Source: Myxococcota bacterium (GTDB lineage Bacteria; Myxococcota; UBA4151). Taken from it: a DNA stretch of 27,671 bases. The stretch is taken from NCBI GenBank assembly GCA_036338695.1, contig JAYZBQ010000037.1, positions 1 through 27,671 of the forward strand, written 5' to 3'. Of this stretch, positions 24,884 to 27,671 are shown piece by piece. The translations under genes were made by a program, and so were the position numbers. The notes beneath the pieces are model-generated. The model did not search any database, was not told the DNA's origin, and was given only the letters and a program-made list of their open reading frames with translations. Position 1 is the stretch's first letter. Every line of letters begins with the position of its first letter.

Positions 24884-27671
24884 ATGATGCGTCGTGCGAG
24901 CCTCGCCTTGCTGGGGTTGGTGATGGGTTGCGGTCAGCTGCCTGCGTTACCGGATGAAGCAGCCGAGCGGTTACCCACTGAGCTTGAGTTCAACGGCCTG
25001 ACCCTCGCGGTCGGATTTGAGGGTGCAGGGGCAACCGTGCAGCCCGACGCCATTTTAGCCGGCACCGCCGTTGAGGCGATGTTTACCGTGCGCGCGCAAG
25101 ACGGTTTGCCGCTGGCTGGCGCGCTCATTCAGTTCGGTGTCAAAACCGAGCGCTGGGAGCGGGTCCTCGACTTTCCGTTAGGGACCAGCTGCACCACCGA
25201 TGCGCAGGGCGAGTGCTCGACCGTTTTGCGCAGCGAGGGACGAGCCGGCGCGGTGCAGTTTGAGGCGCGCGTCGCAGGGCTGGAGTCCCAGTGGATCAAC
25301 CTGACGGTTTTGCCGGAGGCGGAGCAGGCACAGGTGCTCGTGGAGATCGAGGGGCTCGGAAGCTTTGACTGGCAGACTGGGCAGGGGCTTGACCCGCTCG
25401 AGAACGACGCCACCCGCCTCGTGCTGGACAAAAACCAGACCGCCGGACGGACGCTGTCGGTGCGCCTGCTCGACACCTTCGGCAACGCGCTCGACGGCGT
25501 CCCGGTTCAGCTCGAGGTGCTGCGCCCTGGCGCGCCGCCGAGTGGCGGCGCCGACGCAGGGCCAAGCCTGGATGCGGGAGCCTCGGTACCGGATGGCTCG
25601 GTCGCGCCGGACGCCAGCCCAGGCGACTCCGGAGCGCGCGCAGACCTTGGCGGCGCATTGGACGCCGGCTCAGAGCGGGACGCAGGCGATGCGGGTGCCG
25701 TGCGCGACGTAGGTGATGGAGACGGCGGCCTCAACAAACCCTTGAGCTTGGCGCCTGACGAGAGCCCTGCGCTGCTCGCAGCGGCGGGCGCTGAGGGCTG
25801 TGCGGGTGAGCTGCTGCGCGGGACGGAAGCGACCGCTAACGCAGCGGCAGACGGGTACACACGCTTCTGCGTCTTTCCCGGCGAGCTGTTGGGGGACTTC
25901 GTCGTCACGATTAAGCCCGGTGCGCTGTTTCTCGTGGGCGAAAAAGACCGGATGAGCTTGCGCGGCGAGACGCGCGCCGGGGCACCGTCGCGGGTGGTGT
26001 ACGTCGATCGCGGTCAAACGCCCGAGGGCGACGTCCCGCGCCTGGGCTGCCGACCGGGCTCCCTGAGCGCCGTGGCGACTTTTCGGGCGGAGAACGACGA
26101 GGGGCCTGTGCCGAACGTGCGCGTTCGGTTGGAGGCGGAAGGGGGCTTAGATGGGCTGACCAGCGCGCTCGAGGTCAGCGACGCCGAAGGGCTGGTCCAG
26201 GTCCAAGCCATCTGTCCGGCGCAGAGCCTGGCGGGCGGGCGTATTTTAGCTGATTTGGCGGCCGTGCCTGGCGACGAGCCTGCGTCGGTGGCTGTTCAGG
26301 TGCGCACGGATAATGTCGATGAAGTGACGATCGTTGAGCATGGTGCGTGGCCGCAAACCCTGCGCTCGGGAGGCGATCCGCTGACTTTGCGCCTGCAAGC
26401 CTTTAATGCGGCGGGGGCTCCGGTTCTACGCGCCGGGCTTCGACCGGACGACAATGCGCCCGACAATCGCGAACCGCTCACTTTTGCAGTAACGATCGCA
26501 AGTCAGGGGCACGCCGGACGCATTCTTCTTGATGATGGCAACGGCGCCTTTACCGTGCCGCTGGTTGAGCAGTCCTTGGTGGTAGACCAAGACCTCGGCT
26601 CGGCGGATTTTCGCTTCAAAGTGCAAAGCCCGGCGACCTTTGATAACCCGATCGTCTTCCGCGTGATCGAGCCAGGCTCGCAGGTCTCGGCGCAGCGTGT
26701 CTTGCATGTGGCGCCGGGCGCGCCCACACACATCAGCGTGAGCCCGAGCGGTGTGGTCAGCGCCGAGCTGCTCGGCGCCGCAGGCTCGTTTGCCTTTAGC
26801 GTCTGGGATGGAGACCCCGCTCAAGGCGCCAATCGCGTCCCTGATGTACCGATCAACGTCGCTGTCCCGCGTAGCTTCGTGTTTTTACGCGGCAGCAACC
26901 TGACCAATATCGCAGGTCGAACGGGCAATGACGGACGCTTTGTGGTGGATGTCCTGCAGGCGCAGCCGATTGGCGATCACACCCTCGAGGGCTCCATCAC
27001 CGTTGGTGAGGCGCAGCCGAGCGCGCCGGTGACGGTGCGTGTGGGCGCCGGTGAGGTGGCTTCTGCGCTTGAGGTGCGGCTTGATGGTGAAGCCTTACCG
27101 GTGATCACTCCGGAGGGCGGCGAGGCACTGCCCACGCTGACCCTGCGCGGCGGCACCAGCCTTGCACAAACACTCACCTTTCGGATCGTGAACCGCTTTG
27201 GCGGCGGCATGCCCGAGCTCGGATTGACCTACAGCTTAGAGCAAGGCGTGGAGGCGAATTGTGCCAGTTTTGATGAGCCTAATCCCACAAACACGGACGG
27301 CGAGATCACCTACGGCCCTGGCAATCAGACCCTTACTGCCGGCGGCGAGGTGACCGACTGCGTCTACCGCTTTGCACATGGTAATACTGCCGCGGTGCAG
27401 CGCCTGCGGGTGCGGCAGGTGCCAGGTTTGCCGCAGCGCGCCACGCTGACCTTGACTCTGCGTGATGGCGAGAACGACGCCAGCGCGGTGCGCTTGCGTA
27501 ACAGCATGGATCCGCCGAACGAGTGGAGTGACGAGACCAGTCGTGAGGTGGTCTTGCGAGCCTTTGACGCCAACAACTTAGCACCTGCTGGGCTGCGCAT
27601 GTGGCTGACGGTGGATAACTGTTACCTTCAGACCCGTGCTGCCGAGCTCGACGAGCAAGGGCGAGCGGTTT
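24884..27671 (+). CDS. Large surface lipoprotein with invasin/Big_1-like Ig folds; 3' end outside the window
   Basis: Absent from the ORF track because no stop is reached. Translated by hand, it gives the lipobox MMRRASLALLGLVMGC and Big_1-like segments TVRAQDGLPLAGALIQF..TTDAQGEC, VRLLDTFGNALDGVPVQL, SDAEGLVQV and RTGNDGRF. It is open for about 929 codons to the edge. Confidence 0.8.
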   Translation, partial: MMRRASLALLGLVMGCGQLPALPDEAAERLPTELEFNGLTLAVGFEGAGATVQPDAILAGTAVEAMFTVRAQDGLPLAGALIQFGVKTERWERVLDFPLGTSCTTDAQGECSTVLRSEGRAGAVQFEARVAGLESQWINLTVLPEAEQAQVLVEIEGLGSFDWQTGQGLDPLENDATRLVLDKNQTAGRTLSVRLLDTFGNALDGVPVQLEVLRPGAPPSGGADAGPSLDAGASVPDGSVAPDASPGDSGARADLGGALDAGSERDAGDAGAVRDVGDGDGGLNKPLSLAPDESPALLAAAGAEGCAGELLRGTEATANAAADGYTRFCVFPGELLGDFVVTIKPGALFLVGEKDRMSLRGETRAGAPSRVVYVDRGQTPEGDVPRLGCRPGSLSAVATFRAENDEGPVPNVRVRLEAEGGLDGLTSALEVSDAEGLVQVQAICPAQSLAGGRILADLAAVPGDEPASVAVQVRTDNVDEVTIVEHGAWPQTLRSGGDPLTLRLQAFNAAGAPVLRAGLRPDDNAPDNREPLTFAVTIASQGHAGRILLDDGNGAFTVPLVEQSLVVDQDLGSADFRFKVQSPATFDNPIVFRVIEPGSQVSAQRVLHVAPGAPTHISVSPSGVVSAELLGAAGSFAFSVWDGDPAQGANRVPDVPINVAVPRSFVFLRGSNLTNIAGRTGNDGRFVVDVLQAQPIGDHTLEGSITVGEAQPSAPVTVRVGAGEVASALEVRLDGEALPVITPEGGEALPTLTLRGGTSLAQTLTFRIVNRFGGGMPELGLTYSLEQGVEANCASFDEPNPTNTDGEITYGPGNQTLTAGGEVTDCVYRFAHGNTAAVQRLRVRQVPGLPQRATLTLTLRDGENDASAVRLRNSMDPPNEWSDETSREVVLRAFDANNLAPAGLRMWLTVDNCYLQTRAAELDEQGRAV

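Overview
GC-rich, gene-dense bacterial window, most likely from a Myxococcota genome; this is inferred from the Myxococcus-type Cys-rich repeat proteins, DAG linkers, a DUF1592/DUF1552 pair and a cyclase-STAND protein. It holds about 18 CDSs, dominated by envelope and surface proteins. These include two convergent Cys-rich-repeat (DUF4215-like) proteins with different C-terminal tip domains, which flank a block of GATase, HAD, SGNH-like, MBOAT, beta-barrel and HMA genes. Next come a DUF1592/DUF1552 pair with an inserted carbohydrate-binding-like module, a metallophosphoesterase and an orphan NrfD-like membrane protein. The rest is a porin coupled to a PHP-type (CehA/McbA-like) hydrolase lipoprotein, a class III cyclase-STAND-TPR protein, a peroxiredoxin, an acyl-CoA synthetase and a large Ig-like lipoprotein that runs off the right edge. 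I saw no rRNA, tRNA, CRISPR array, integrase, transposase or reverse transcriptase. All family calls come from motif recognition by eye; no searches were run. The best leads are the inverted stalk-and-tip paralogue pair, an unrecognised tip domain, a leader motif shared by two large lipoprotein genes, and the HMA plus beta-barrel pair.
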